The notes beneath the pieces were generated by a model. The model ran no database searches and was not told the origin of the DNA. It saw only the letters and a list, made by a program, of their open reading frames with translations. DNA of 64,000 nucleotides from Moniliella sp. 'wahieum' (taxonomy: Eukaryota), in contig RSEE01000005.1 in assembly GCA_003971905.1 (NCBI GenBank), forward strand, positions 1 through 64,000, given 5' to 3'. This document shows, in pieces, positions 48,681-61,943 of the stretch. Every line of letters begins with the position of its first letter. Position 1 is the stretch's first letter. Position numbers and translations under genes: made by a program.

Positions 48681-51056
48681 AAGAGGGCGCGTCAGTTAGG
48701 GGCAGAAGAGGCTCAGTGGAGTCGACAACATTCAGGACAGGGCCCCCTGGCTCTCCCGCTCTTCGATCACTAGATCACTTCCAAAAATCGGATGTAGCGC
48801 GAGTGGATACGAATTATTAGCATGATAGAAATGTGAGCGTTGAACGTCTGCAACGTACGTGTTTGACCCTTCAAGCTCCATTGATATTCTTCAGTCATAT
48901 TCTTCCTGTCCTCTATTAACATCTTTTTTTGCCTCCTCCTTGGTGGCATATGTAATAGTACCCGCGCGTCTCTCTTCGCATAAGTAGGTGATGAGCACAC
49001 ATGTGAGCAGGTTTGAGAAGGATGAGCGCATGTTAGCTCGCCGATTAGTCCCTTTATGGCAAAAAGCTTTTTCGTTATGGTCTCTCCGACGATCTGCTTT
49101 TTGACGGTACCACTTTCACGACGGCAGCCAGGAGACCTATGTGTGGAGAATACATATGCATAGCTTAGTTCCCACACGGACCCCTGTGGATCCCAGTCGA
49201 TAAGTGTGGGTCGACCAAACGACCGTTATTTCGACGCGCACCCGCAAAAACCTGTCTTGCCGGCGGCCCACACATGCGGCGCATCAGATCCATCAGACAT
49301 CCGATCTCCGATCTCAGAAGAGAGGCCCACGCAGCCGCCATCATATCAGGCATTGAATATTGATGTGTGACGCGTGACTGGCTGACTGACAAGACCGCTG
49401 TGTAAGCACCAAATAGACTGGGGCCTACTGGGGCACTGCGCGGCCCGCCGACCAGCCGAAACATCCGGCGCCACGTGCTGTGTCACATGCCACATCACAT
49501 GTCACATGGACACGTCAAACGCCACGCGTCACGCGTCGCCGTTCGCACCTGCGATACATCAGCCTCAGAAGAGGAGAGACCACGCCAGGCCCCCCTGTCG
49601 GGTGAACCAATCTTACGGGGGGGGATCATATATCAGGAAGCTGGGAGAGGGCACGTTCATTACTCTTGTGCTAGCTACTGCTGCGCCAGGGGTGCATATG
49701 CTTCAACCATTTTGGCATATGCAAAATGCATGGCATACATATACTTCCTGAATGTGGCATCACCTCCATCGTCTGCACCACACGCGGATGGTTATCACGT
49801 GGAGAAGAGCACGTGTGTGCAGACTGCGAAAACAGGAGGACAGCCATGCAAGTCATGGATACTGCATTTTATGGCAGACACGAGGTGTTCATCCCAGCAG
49901 CTAAGACACTCCTGGATAACAGCATATTACCCCGGGAGACATCTCGCAGCACAGCGCATTCCACATCCCACCCTCCTCCTCTTTCTCTCTTCCTTTTTTG
50001 TTTTGTGGGTTCATGGAAGCATCACCATGTTCCGTTCACATTCTCCTCCTTGCCGAACTGAACATGCTAATAGACGCCCCACAGATGCCGCACTTCCCTA
50101 GTTAGTATAGTGGCTTTTCGATGTCCACATACGCATCAAAAATACCCGGCTATGTGGCTTTCTGTATACACACACACATCAATTCTTTCGTACAGGGTTG
50201 TCGATAACATGTAACAAAAGTCATGCTTATCGCATTGCGCATCATCTAACGTCGTCTGTTGTTGATGCCTTTTTCACGCGTTGCCTTTCATATGCTAAGT
50301 TATCAGACCACACACCATTTCGTCTATCCGTTTCTTTGGTGGGGTGCGCCAGAATACGGCGTGTTATTCTCATATGCGTTCTCCATCGAAACCACAAATC
50401 GCACACTCCACACGCCAGTGTATAACCGGTGCATGCGGCCCGCCAATCAATATCAAGAGTGCCCAAACACTATAGTTAATCATAGAATACAATGCGTATT
50501 AGCTTAATTACCACAACCATGCCACCACGCTTGGGCATCTGTGGTATATCATTCAGTTAGAAACGCAAGGGACCGCATGCGGCGATGTATATGTGGTAAA
50601 AGTTGAGGGGCAGACAGCATGCCTTTGGAGTACATGTTACGGACACGATTGCTGCTACAGTACGCTTTGAGCAGAAATCAACCCTGAGCATCCACCGCAT
50701 GTATAGCGATCATATGATGTGGTTGTCGTTCACACACACCTTCTTCAAAATGAGCGCTAAGCCCTAAGCCTAAGCGCTGAACCAAAAAGCCACTGTTATT
50801 TCTATCTTGGACACAGCCCACGTTCCCCCCGTGCAGATGGTCCAAATCGATCTATTCAATGATACAAGCTTTATGAGGAGTAGGGGCTACGTACGAAAGA
50901 GCCTCGCACCACAATAATGAACACAAAAACGGACATCCACACCGCCGGAGCAAACGATATAAAGTGCACTCTCTTTTGTGGTGATGACCTTTCCATCTTC
51001 ATCAGTAGCACGCGGATTCTCTTCCTACTTTCATCAGCGCCATCCGCACCCCCAAT

Positions 51057-52398
51057 ATGCAGCTCACCATCTCTTCGCTCTTGGCTCTTGCCACCCTGGC
51101 GAGTGCGGCTCCCCTACAGCCGCGCGGCATGCCACACCAAGTCTCCCGCCCCGAGTCCTGGGTGGGCACGGATCACTTGACCGACGTGAGCGGCCAAGTG
51201 TCTACCACTACAGTCGCACGCAAGTCGACCGACCCTGGCGTGCCTGACCTCCCCTTCCCGGTTGCATGGTACACCCAAGCGGCTGCTTTGGCCCAAGGGT
51301 GCTACTGCACTGGTTCTTTTGAATGCCGGGACGAAAATCGGGGATGCAACCTTGCTTTCTCATGTTGGTGACGGAATGGACGAGCAGCAAAGTATGGTGT
51401 ACGTTTCTGATTCGCTTGGAATCGTCGTTGCCATCCAGGGCACCAACAGCAGTGCCCTCGAAAGCCTGTGGCACGATGTGGACTTTTTGTGGAAGGAGCC
51501 CGATGCCGTTTTGGGTACTCAGGGGGTCGCAGATGGCGCCCTGGTTGATGGAGGGTTCCAAAATGCGTTCCTTGATATTTGGGACTCGGTCCAGTCGATG
51601 GTTTCTCAAGCGCAACAACAGTACCCCGGGCGCAACTTGACGGTTGTCGGCCACTCCCTCGGCGCGTCCATTGCACAATTGGTGGCTGTTGCGTTTGGCA
51701 ACAAGGTCGATACGGTTATCACTTGTACGTTTTCTTTTTCATTATACTTTCCGCCTCTTGCTCTAGATTTCACTGAGAAGAGCGACAAGCAAGAAGAATC
51801 GAAGTCCCTCCATTGACCTGATACTGACCACTGCCTAATCCATATACACACACATCAGTCGGTCAGCCGCGGGTGGGGAACCAAGCCTGGGCCGATTACG
51901 TTGACTCTCTCTTTGGGCCCAGCAAGTTCAACCACGTTACCAACGGTCAGGATTGGGTCCCGCATGTGGTGCCCTATGCCTTTGGCGCGCGTCACCCCCA
52001 AGGGGAAGTATGGATCAACCCTGCCAACTCGACCAGCGTACGTTTATCAGCTTCCTTATCTCCCTCCCCCTACCGTTTCCCCTCATCACACATGCGCTCG
52101 CACCGTCATCCTGGACTGCGATGGGGGGAGAAATCGGATAGTCAAAAACAGGGGGGGGGGAGGAGTACAAACTCGCGTGTGGAAGAGCTCTTTTTCTGAC
52201 CGAAAACCCTTATGCACTCTTGCATTTTTGCTCCATTTGTTGCAGTGGATGTTCTACCCAGGCCAAGAAAACGTGAACGGTGCTGATTCTGTCGCATACG
52301 ACTTATCCTTGCAATGGGGAGACCATGAGGGGTACTATATGCACACCTGGATGGCTGCTAGGGGTGGCAATTGCCCCACCCAGTTGGGGGGGTACTAA
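51057..52398 (+). CDS. Secreted class 3 (Rhizomucor-type) lipase
   Basis: Signal peptide MQLTISSLLALATLASA, IVVAIQGT, GGFQNAF, VVGHSLGAS, T|FGQPRVGN..WADYVD, HVTNGQDWVPHV, HPQGEVWI, DHEGYY. Introns about 51726-51858 and 52038-52245. Confidence 0.93.
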
Positions 52399-52836
52399 TA
52401 TCGAGACTTTCCATATGTCTTGTATGAGGCACTGCTTCATTGGGCCAGGAAAATGTGCCCCTTCCACTCTCTGCCTGGGACTTGTCTCCTTTTGTCATAA
52501 AATACGGGGGCGATGCGATATCAGTACTACGTTCTTTTGTATATTTTGTTCTCAGGCCATCACAGTCTCTCTCTCCACATGCACTTCACAACAGTAGGAT
52601 AGTGTCTATGCATTGAAGTGTATAAAGCGGACGAGAAGAAAAGAAAAAAACGGTACACGGGGTACTAGTTGTGTTCGCGAACACGGACAAGCCACCAGGG
52701 GCCAACATCAGCGCCATCAGCATATAGCAAGGCATGGTGCCATGATGTGCATGATGGGATATATCACTGGGGCTTGCCCAAAAAGGAGGATAGAGTCGGA
52801 CAAAAGAGAGGAGAGGTGGATTTTAGAAACAAAAAA

Positions 52837-52924
52837 CGAATCCTGCCGGGGTCGAACCGACGACCATTACCATAACTCTCGGGCTTAACCGGAAAGTAAC
52901 ACTCTGCCACTGAGCTAAGGATCC
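52837..52924 (-). tRNA. tRNA-Arg(CCG) with 16-nt intron (52873-52888)
   Basis: Acceptor GGATCCT/AGGATTC, D arm GCTC-AGTGGCA-GAGT, anticodon stem TTACT/GGTAA with loop TT-CCG-G[intron]T, T arm GTCGG-TTCGACC-CCGGC, and a T6 Pol III terminator directly downstream. Confidence 0.92.
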
Positions 52925-53223
52925 TTATTGTTTTGGCTGGGCAAACCGAGTGCGGAGGAGCAGTACTGATGTGGTGCCTGCTCTACGTACTCGGCGTAAC
53001 CCCCTAGCACAGCCAAGCACAGCTAAGCACAGCCAAGCACAGCCCCTGAGCGCAGCCCCTGCATCATGACATGCATGATGCATGATGTGTATGACGTCAG
53101 ATAGCCGCCCCTGTGACATGTGACATGTGATGCCTGGTTAAATAAAACCCCCAATAGCTCAAGTTGGCTGCAGCGTTTCTGCGCTGCTTTGGTAGTGCCA
53201 CCATCTCCATCATCGCCTTTTGA

Positions 53224-54000
53224 ATGTCCTCATCGCCAACCTCACCGCCGTCCAAGTCCTCCGGGGACCTGCTTGAACCAGGCCCTCGCTATCCACTCGG
53301 TGCTATATTGGGCGGCTTCATCTTCGGTTGCTTCGAGCTGTTCACGGCCAAAGCCCTCTTATCGGGCTTGACACAGTTTCTTGATACTCCTCACACGCAG
53401 GGGCAAACGGTGATTGCGTACCTCGTGGCGGGCAGGGGGCTTATTTTCCTCTCTTTGGTACCCTGGGTTGGATGGGTCCGCGCCGCAGCCATGGACTTTG
53501 TTGCTTACGGTATCTTGGTGGTTGGGGCTGCGTTAATGTCCCACGGCCATGGCACAGCGGTCGCAGTGCTATGCTTTGGTGTTTTATCTTCTCCATGGCA
53601 GGTCTTTCTAGTACGTCAAATTTTCTCCCTTTCTCCTGCTCGACTCGTTAGCACTGTCCTTGCACGTCCTAGGACAAAGGTTGAGCACGGTCGAGCCAAT
53701 CATCCTCTGTAGCAGTGTTTCCCCCGGCTAACGACATTCCTTGCCAGGGCTGGAATGTGGCCTTGGACGCAGGACGGTGGGTGTGCGCAATGCTCAAATC
53801 GCTTTTGGGTGTGGGGCCAGGCCGTGGCGAGACTGCCGACTTCCCCTATTCTAAGACGTACCACCTATCTTGATCATGTCGCGCCCAAGCCATGGATACC
53901 TCTCCGCGCCGAAGTCAAGGTCGAGCACGTCTTTCCTCAGCCGTACGACCCCGGCTTCCTGGAAGTTTGCCTTTCTATTGTGTCTTACTGGTGCGTTTAA
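53224..54000 (+). CDS. Hypothetical multi-pass membrane protein
   Basis: ATG-initiated ORF with about four hydrophobic segments and a probable intron (gtacgt 53611 to tag 53712). No family recognised. Confidence 0.4.
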
Positions 54001-54288
54001 CGTGATGTTAACGTAGGACGGAGAGCGCTCAGTTCCTTGTGCGTTTGGTTTTCAAAATGCTCGTCGAAATGTAACCCCTTTGCTCAGTCTGTTGCTTTCA
54101 TCTCATCACTTTGGGGATGTTGTGCAATCCGGCTCGCGACTAATGTGATGACTATACACGGTTTGGTGGCAGCGGCTAGTGCAGTCTCTGCCTCAGCTGC
54201 TGCAACAATATCACATCGTATAACTGTATAGATAGTTAGCTAGTAGTTAGAGAAGAAGATGGAGCGGGCAAGAAGGCGCAGGCCCAGT

Positions 54289-54950
54289 CTAGTAGCCAGT
54301 CTCGGTAGAAATCCGGCCGATCAAAGTGCCGTCACTTTGAATAGTAGCCTCGGTGTTCGCCTGGACGCGCTGCTGCAAAAGCAGCAGCACCATCTCCAAC
54401 GTGGTGGCGATGTGAGGTGTGATGAGAAGGGTGTAGTCTTCCTGGCTGCCGTACGCCCGGAGCGGACGTGGTTGTCCAGCAGTGGCTCGGGGTCCGTCAC
54501 GTCCAACCCTGCCCAGGAAATCTCGCCAGCCTCCAGAGCCAAGAGTAAAGCCTCCGCGTCCTCCAACGTACCAGGGCGAAGCTGACAACGATTGTGTGCT
54601 TGGGAAGCAAATTGAGGACATGGTTGTCAATAATCTTGTCTGTTTCCGCAGTTGCTGCGGCAACGATGAAAACATCGACCGTCTCGGGGAGATGCGTGTC
54701 CAGAGCGGTGTGATGAGTCGACGTGCATCTTTGGATGGCTAGCCAGAGACGGCGTTTGTCTTCGCACAACCGTAGTTTGTACCTCGAACGGTTCCAACAG
54801 CGCCAAAAGCGAAATTGTGACCCCTCCCTCGCCAACGAGAACCACCTGAGCACCAAAGAGGGAAGAGCCAGCCGGGACACTCCACCTTGTCTCCTTGGCG
54901 CGCCAAGGGAAGACGCGCAAGGCACAGCCAGCGCCAGCGCCAGCGCATGC
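54289..54950 (-). CDS. D-isomer-specific 2-hydroxyacid dehydrogenase, C-terminal part (degenerate or error-ridden)
   Basis: LPETVDVFIVAAATAETDKIID..VLNLLP, VR(G)..EDAEALLLALEAGEISWAGLDVTDPEPL and LLITPHIA. No intact GxGxxG or N-terminal domain recognised. Confidence 0.7.
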
Positions 54951-55778
54951 TCCGCTACCAGTTGAGCAGATGCACCTTTGCCCGCTGGTAGAGCACCTTT
55001 GCCCGATGTCCATCAGAGCTTCTTTTTCCCCAAATCCGAGGTGATCAGGAGGCATACACATTGATCCCAGCCAAGGGGAGCTTGATCCAGTGGATCTGTG
55101 GGCTGTTCCGCAGAACGGACTGGAGGATGTTAATATGGGTGGGAAGGTAATCGACCCAGACAATGGTGGTCGTCTTTTGCTGTCAATCTGGTCCGACACA
55201 ACCAGACCGCCTTCTGAAACGTGGCGATCCGGTCGGCAAACTGGGGCTCTGGCGGGTAGACGACGAAGGTGCCGTTGGAGCTGGGACGGAGCTCTGATGA
55301 GTCGATAACTTCTCAATTATTTGGTCTCTCTGATCTTGGACGCAAGAAGCGCGCTAGTAAGCCCTCAGTTGAGCCTCCGCGGTGGATCTGGACGTCAGTT
55401 TCCTGATCTGAGCGTCTCTCGTTTTCGGCGGAAGATTCCCTCCTAAAGCTCGCAAGCCTTTTGCGTTTTTAGCTGAGGGCGGAGAACCTGTCCTGTACCT
55501 TGGACATTTTTGCAGAAGACCACAGAGAGCAGGCGGTTGATGGTGTTTTGCATTGTGTACATGAGCTAATAGGAAAATGAACCGGAAGGTTCCAGGCTCT
55601 CAGCATAGCTAATCCTTTAGTTCCATATGCGAGTACCCATCAAAATCCGCCAACAACCCTACTGCTCTTGCCTGCACGTGACGGGCGGGGAGGCTTGCTG
55701 CGCCAGCTGGCTAATAATCGGGCATATCACACCTAAATGACACCTAAGTCGCGTCGACGCGTCCCTCCACTCCCTTAA

Positions 55779-55973
55779 ATGCCCCCTACCCGTGCTCACT
55801 GGCGGTGCCCCCATTGCCGCACCAGTGACCACACTCGCGCCCAGTGTTCCTTCAATCCACGCCGAGAGTTGTGCCGCCACTGCCGTCGCCATGGCCACAA
55901 GGCTGCCGCCTGCGGTAGTTTCGGGTTTGGGCTATTTGATGGATCCAAGCCGAGGAGAAGCCTTTGGGCGTGA
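55779..55973 (+). other. Small ORF with two CCHC zinc knuckles (gag/ORF1 relic or microprotein)
   Basis: CPHCRTSDHTRAQC and CRHCRRHGHKAAAC both fit C-X2-C-X4-H-X4-C. Confidence 0.6.
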
Positions 55974-56469
55974 AGCCGAGGCGGCCGCACGCGCGGAAAG
56001 GCTGTGTATGCGCCGGCTTGGGGGTAGTAACATGTCTGAAGCCTCCGGAGCTTAGGGACGGGTAGATGCTGTGGAGGACAAAGACTGCCAGGGCTGAAGC
56101 TGGGCGGGGGCGGCTGTGGGCGTAGCTGTGAAAGGAACCCACACGATACACTGTGGTAGAGCGAATCGACGCCGCTGAAGGAAGGCTCGCGTGACTGGGC
56201 GGATGGAAAGCTGGAGGACGAGGTTGGATGATGAAGATGAGGCAGCTAAGTGGAGACGAGAGGTTGCCTGTATTACTCAATCAATTGGCTGCAAACGGTC
56301 AGGAGATGGACAAGAAAGGCGGGAAGGAACGAGAATGGAAGGTGGAATAAATGATTCCCACTGACCGAGGATGCTGACTGTTGGTTGACCCCTTTTTGGT
56401 AACCTCCTTCTGTCTAAGCCCCATCGCACTGGGATAGATGTTGACAGAGCGAAGCAGACGAAGCTGCTA

Positions 56470-56610
56470 TAGAGTGCGACTTGGGAGCACTCGCGATCCT
56501 ATGGATCACCTGCAAAGCAGCCTTCAGACAAGGCGTGAAGGCAAAGCTCAAGCAACATCTGAATTGAAGGGAAGGAGACAGGAGGGAGAGAAGGGAGATG
56601 AAGCGAGCAG
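56470..56610 (+). repeat. Dispersed repeat, copy 2 (matches about 3000-3165)
   Basis: Same blocks as copy 1, with small internal deletions. Confidence 0.8.
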
Positions 56611-58081
56611 GGCGCGCGCGCCCTGCAAGCGGAACTCTTCCGCCCGGTTAAGTGAGCGTCGCCGATCCATCGAGGGCCGTGCAGGGGAACCCCAGTACTA
56701 CCCTCCAACAGAAGCAAGCGAAGACTGCGAAGGCACTAAGAATGTCATCCGATAGCACTTCCTCGTCGAAAATGCTGGTAACAAGGTTCCGGATAGATAT
56801 GTGAGGACTACGTACAAAATTCAAGGTGATGGGCAAGGCCCACAAGATTGTGCACAAGAAATTTCGATTAGCTATGAGGCTAATACCGGCACCACTATAC
56901 GCCAGTGTGGCGTCCCAGTTTCCATTCCTGGCGGAGTGTGGGAATGGTCTGTGCTCGTTCTATGGGGAGCCATTGATCTCGATTGATTTCCCCTTTCTTC
57001 GTTGTGTTGCCTATGCCTTATTGATCCAGCCCATGGTAGTGCCCACGGTGTCTTTGCCCACAGAGTACCAACTGGTGGTCAAAACAATGGTGGCGGCTTC
57101 TCCAGCCTGTGTTCACATGTTCACACTCGACGGCGATTCGAAGGACGATGTCGGTGTGCCTGAGGGCGAGCTGACGGTGGGCGACCAGATCCACATTGAC
57201 TTGGATGATAAAAGGCAAAGATTTAGTGTTGGTTCCCATTGTGTCGTCCATGGGAGAGGAGTCGCGTCAAGCTTCAGCAGGAACACGACTATATCCGCTT
57301 TGGGTGCTTGTGTAAACAATCTCTATTTCCACAACACAGACGCAACGGTACTTACGTCATGCTTACCTATTTGTTTGCGCGGGCGGAATGCACCCCACCC
57401 CGCGCGCTCAGCCATGCACATGCACATGGGTGATAAATTCCTCCAGCGTGGAACAGTGGCTACGGTGGCGACGGTGCACCAAGCACCAAGCTGGGGCGAA
57501 GCCCCAGCTGACCGGGCCGTAGGCCCGGTGGTCTTCTAGTAACTGGTAAACTAAGACTGAGGAGGCGGCGGGACGTGGGCGACTGCGTGAAAGAAGGGTT
57601 AATCGATAACCGATGATCGATGAGATCGATGAGATCTGAGACCGCCGCTGGTGGCCGGTGGGCGCTCAGGCTGAGCGCTGAGCCTCAGCGCTGAGCTGCG
57701 GTGGCTGCTTGGATCCGGTGGCGGACACTTGCCGGATGCGTGGCGGGCGGGATGCTGGGGTTGCAATGGTTTAGGTTCTGACCTGGCTAGTCTGAGATCT
57801 GCGGAGGGCCTGACTGGCGGACTAGTGGAGTGGCCAGTGCTAGTGCCAGTGCTAGTGCTCATGACTAGCACTTGTGACTGCGTCACCGGGTCACCAGCGA
57901 CTAGCTGATTGTTGACAACGTTCACACTAATCCCGCTGGCTGGCTGCTGGCCCGGCGGGGGCGCATGAAAAAGCCACCGCCCGCGTCGTCCCTTGCTTCG
58001 CCCAGTGGATAAAGAGGGCGCAGGTCCTCCCCCCCCCCTCTCCCCATCCATCCTGCGCCCCCTCCGCCCCAGCCCACGGAC

Positions 58082-59780
58082 ATGCCACCTCAGACCCTGC
58101 GATCCAGCTTCTTCCCTACCCCCGTGTTGCCCCGTGGCAATCTGGTCGCCACGCTGCACAGCAACCCCAACGGCGCCCCAGACTCGGCCCCGGCCTTTAT
58201 CCGCGCCTCGGATGGCAAGGTGCTCACGCGCGGCGAAGTGATCCACACCTCTTACCGCTTTGCCCATGCATTGGTGCACAAGCTCAACCTTGCCCCGGGG
58301 ATACTGTCGCGCTTGTTGCGGGCAACTCGACGTTGTACCCGGTGATTGTGCATGCCTGCCTCGCTGCGGGCGTGGTGGTGGTGCCGCTCAATGCAGCGTA
58401 TACCTCTGACGAGCTTTCCCACCCCTTTGCCGACGCTGCGGTCAAGTACGTCTTGGTCCAGCCGCAGGATGCATCGGTCGTAGCTGTGCGTACAGCCCTG
58501 GAGAAGATCGGCCACCCACGCGCCAATGCACCAGACACGGTCTGGCTCCTGTCCGACGATGATGTGTTGGCTCAGGGGGCAGGCGGTGAAAAGGATTTAC
58601 GCACCCTGTTGGGTCAAGAGGAGCTTGTACCCATTCCCATTCGCGATCCGGAAAACACACCTGCCTTCATCGCCTATTCGTCGGGAACGACGGGCCGGTC
58701 CAAAGGCGCAATCCTGAGCCATACCAATATGACGTCGTGCTGTGTTTACATGACGGAGATCACCAAGCTCTTCCTCTCGGCTGGAACGATGACCATGGCT
58801 TTCTTCCGATGCAACATGTGTTTTGCCTCACATTCCATGTGCACCACACCTTTTACATTGGTGCGCCGTGTGTCGTGCTCGATTCGTTTTCGCTGGCCAA
58901 GTTTTGTTCGGCCATTCAACAGTTCAAGGTGGAGTGGACCTCGGTTGCTCCTCCCATCCTCCTCCTCCTGGCCAAGAGTCCCGATGTGGAGAAGTACGAC
59001 CTTCGCTCCCTTGTTGCAGTGCAATCGGGTGCGGCGCCACTCTCGTCGGCACTCGTGTCCGAGGTCGAAAAGCGCTTTCCCCATCTCAAGATTGCCAATG
59101 GTTACGGGTTGACCGAAGCCAGTCCCTTGGTCTGCATGGACGACCCCAAAGTTAGTGCAGCGCATGGGAACCGAGGCAGCGCCAACCGTTTGATCCCTGG
59201 GCTGGAAGTGCGCCTGGTGAATGAGGAAGGGAAGGATGTGGGACTGACCGAGGGCGAAGGTCCTGATGGAGCGACGTTATCGGGCGAAGTATGGTTGCGT
59301 GGACCCACGATCTTCCGAGGGTACCTGAATAATGACCAGGCCAATGCCGAATCGTTCGCTGCCGAAGGGTGGTACCGCACCGGCGACCTCGGGTCCTTCC
59401 GCCAAGGTCGGCTGACAATCGAGGAGCGGCTCAAGCAAGTAATCAAAGTGGGCGGAAGGCAAGTGGCCCCGTCGGAGCTGGAGGCGATTCTGCTCACGCA
59501 TCCCAAAGTCGCAGATGCAGCGGTGGTGCCCTTGTACGTGGAGGAAAAGTCGGACGAGTACCCATTGGCGTACATTGTGGTCAAGCCCGAGTTCAAGGGA
59601 GACAAGAGCGTGCCGGAGGATGTACGCGCATACGTGGATGGCAAGGTGGTGTATTACAAGCGCCTTAGGGGAGGCGTGCGCATCATCGATGCCATCCCCA
59701 AGTCCCCGTCGGGCAAGATTCTGCATCGCATCCTCCGGGACCAGCTCAAGGCAGAGCAGGCTCCCAAGGCTAAACTTTAG
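58082..59780 (+). CDS. 4-coumarate-CoA ligase-like / luciferase-like acyl-CoA synthetase with PTS1
   Basis: YSSGTTGRSKG, SGAAPL, GYGLTE, GEVWLRGPTIFRGY, WYRTGD, QVAPSELEAILLTHP, IPKSPSGKIL. C-terminal AKL*. Confidence 0.95.
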
Positions 59781-60169
59781 CAATCTCCCCCCCCCACCTC
59801 GCCGTCGTCATTGGTAGCTTCATCACTCCGAATACGCAATTTCGGCTGACCGGTACAATGGCGATTCCCCTTTCCCTTTCGGGGAAAGAAAGAGACTATA
59901 TATAGGCTCAACAAGTTGAATCGATAAGAATGAGCTGAACTATCCTGCTTTGTCCACTGTTATTGTCAGGAGCCAAGAACGAGAGATGCTGAGGCCTAGC
60001 AGCCAGGAGGCGCGTGGGTATGGGGTAGAGAGAAGAGGTCCACACGTGGGAGTGAACCTTGGGAGAGGTCAGAGAATATTATGGAATGGTGGCCTCGTGG
60101 TCACTGTGGTCTTCAAACCCGGAGGGGACGGGCTCGATAAAGACATCAAGGGATGGAGAAGCAGATGAC

Positions 60170-61220
60170 AGAATGGTGTAAGTTACCCGCCCCTACACCA
60201 GTGTGGCACCGCACTGATCATCTCGACCATCGCTCAAGTGTATGGGGGGGGGATTGCGAGCCCCGGCAGATGAAGAGATCGATATAAGACGGGTTGTGGA
60301 TAGTATCCATTGAGGTCTTCTCATAGCCAGGTGGATGTTTTTACGGGCTGCGTTGGACCCGAGATTGACCGATCCAAGCTAAGGCCCGCTTGCTCCGCAC
60401 GTGCCCAGTGGAGCGTGCTTAGGAGTCCAAAACCAAAAGAGTGATGACGGTTGGTTAACTTAGGAACGGTGGCCCGAGAGGGACCATGCATCCGCGCGAC
60501 AATAGCCCCCCCCCGCCCAAGTCCAAGTCGGCTGGTCTAAATAAGACCACCGAGCTTCCAGTATCTTTGCTACGACTGTCACTCTGTCCCCGCCTCCTTT
60601 TCCTTTCTCGGTCACGCTCGCGCCGACCAACGACTCTTTTGACGTGTCTTCCTTTCTACGCCCCCTCTTGTATCCGTTTTCCCTTTTGATCTTGCCTGTA
60701 CCCCTTGTTGATGGGGATCCTTTTCCCTATACCTTCCATTCTCGTCTTCACTCTCGTCCACCCCTCGTCCTGTCCCTCTTATCCTGGCCGATTCCTGCCC
60801 GTTTTCCAGCCAATTGATCCAGTACAGGCAGCCTCCTCTTTTGTCAGCTCCCGACTCCTCTTCCGACCTCGTCCTCCAGCTCTCCATCAGTCCAGTCATA
60901 CGAACCCTCCTTCAGCCGCGTCGATTTCCTATCTCTATCCGGTCTCAGTTGAGGCAGTGTTTGACCGCCACTGCCTCTTCCCATCCCTAAGCCCCGGGGC
61001 TTCAGACACGTTACTACGGCCCAAGCCGGGGCAGATGCAGCCTTGCTGTGCACAGGTGCAGCCGCCCACCAAACGCCTCTCATCGTTCGTATAGCTCCTC
61101 TCGGATCCACCAACTAGACCAAGCCGGAAACTGCCGAGTCGACCTACCGTCTCCTAAGGGATTGTACCCCAACCCCCCCGGGCGAGCCCCCTGGCGGGGC
61201 CCGCCCACAGTGGATCAGGA
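60170..61220 (+). mobile_element. Putative solo LTR, same family as 43565-44558
   Basis: Collinear similarity with the 43.6-44.5 kb copy. Boundaries are approximate. Confidence 0.55.
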
Positions 61221-61943
61221 CATCGCTCCGCTGAGGCCCTGAGGCCTGAAGGTACTGTTGAGGTGAGTATGCTGAGCGGCTAATTAGGAGTGTACGCGAG
61301 CGCCTAAGGAGCGCTTATGCTGCCGCCAGCGGTCCATTGCTAGACTAATAGCAATAACGAGCGGCTTACGCGAGATTCAAAGAGGTGCTTATGCCGCCTG
61401 CTGGAGGCGGCGTCAGGAGGATGGCGGAGGGAGGCAGCTGGGCAGTGTGCGGCATTGGGCGGGCCTAAGCGAGACAGAAATTGAAACGGCCGCCGCTTGA
61501 ACAGTTTGATTTCTCGGACAGGGTCGGGGGTGCGGATTAGGTAACACCCTGCATCGACCTCCTTCGATCATTGATACCACCATCGGCGGAGGCAGGAGCG
61601 GTGAGCAGCCGATGACTATCTCACCCTCTGGCGATCGTTGGCGTGCTGACGGTGTTCTGAGCCTTGGATCCATCTGCTGACAGCACCTGCTTGGTCTCGA
61701 TGCTCCCACCAGTGCCCGCCACACTCATTCAAACTCCCGCCCGCTCCGCACCTCCACAATCAGATTGCTGAACAGATGTCAAACCGAACTCTAATACTCG
61801 CCGCGTGGCATCCTTCCATCATCCCCTAGTGCTAACGATATCGGTGCGCGTGATGTGCGGCAGCACTGTATATATATGTGACCTGTCTCCCTCCTCGCTC
61901 GACTTGTATCCTTCTTTCCTTACCACCCATCCGTCTTCCAACC

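Noticed and set aside
52837..52924. Reading the tRNA as Gly(TCC)
   Set aside because: That register breaks the D-stem and position-26 spacing. The CCG register gives the canonical cloverleaf and intron position.
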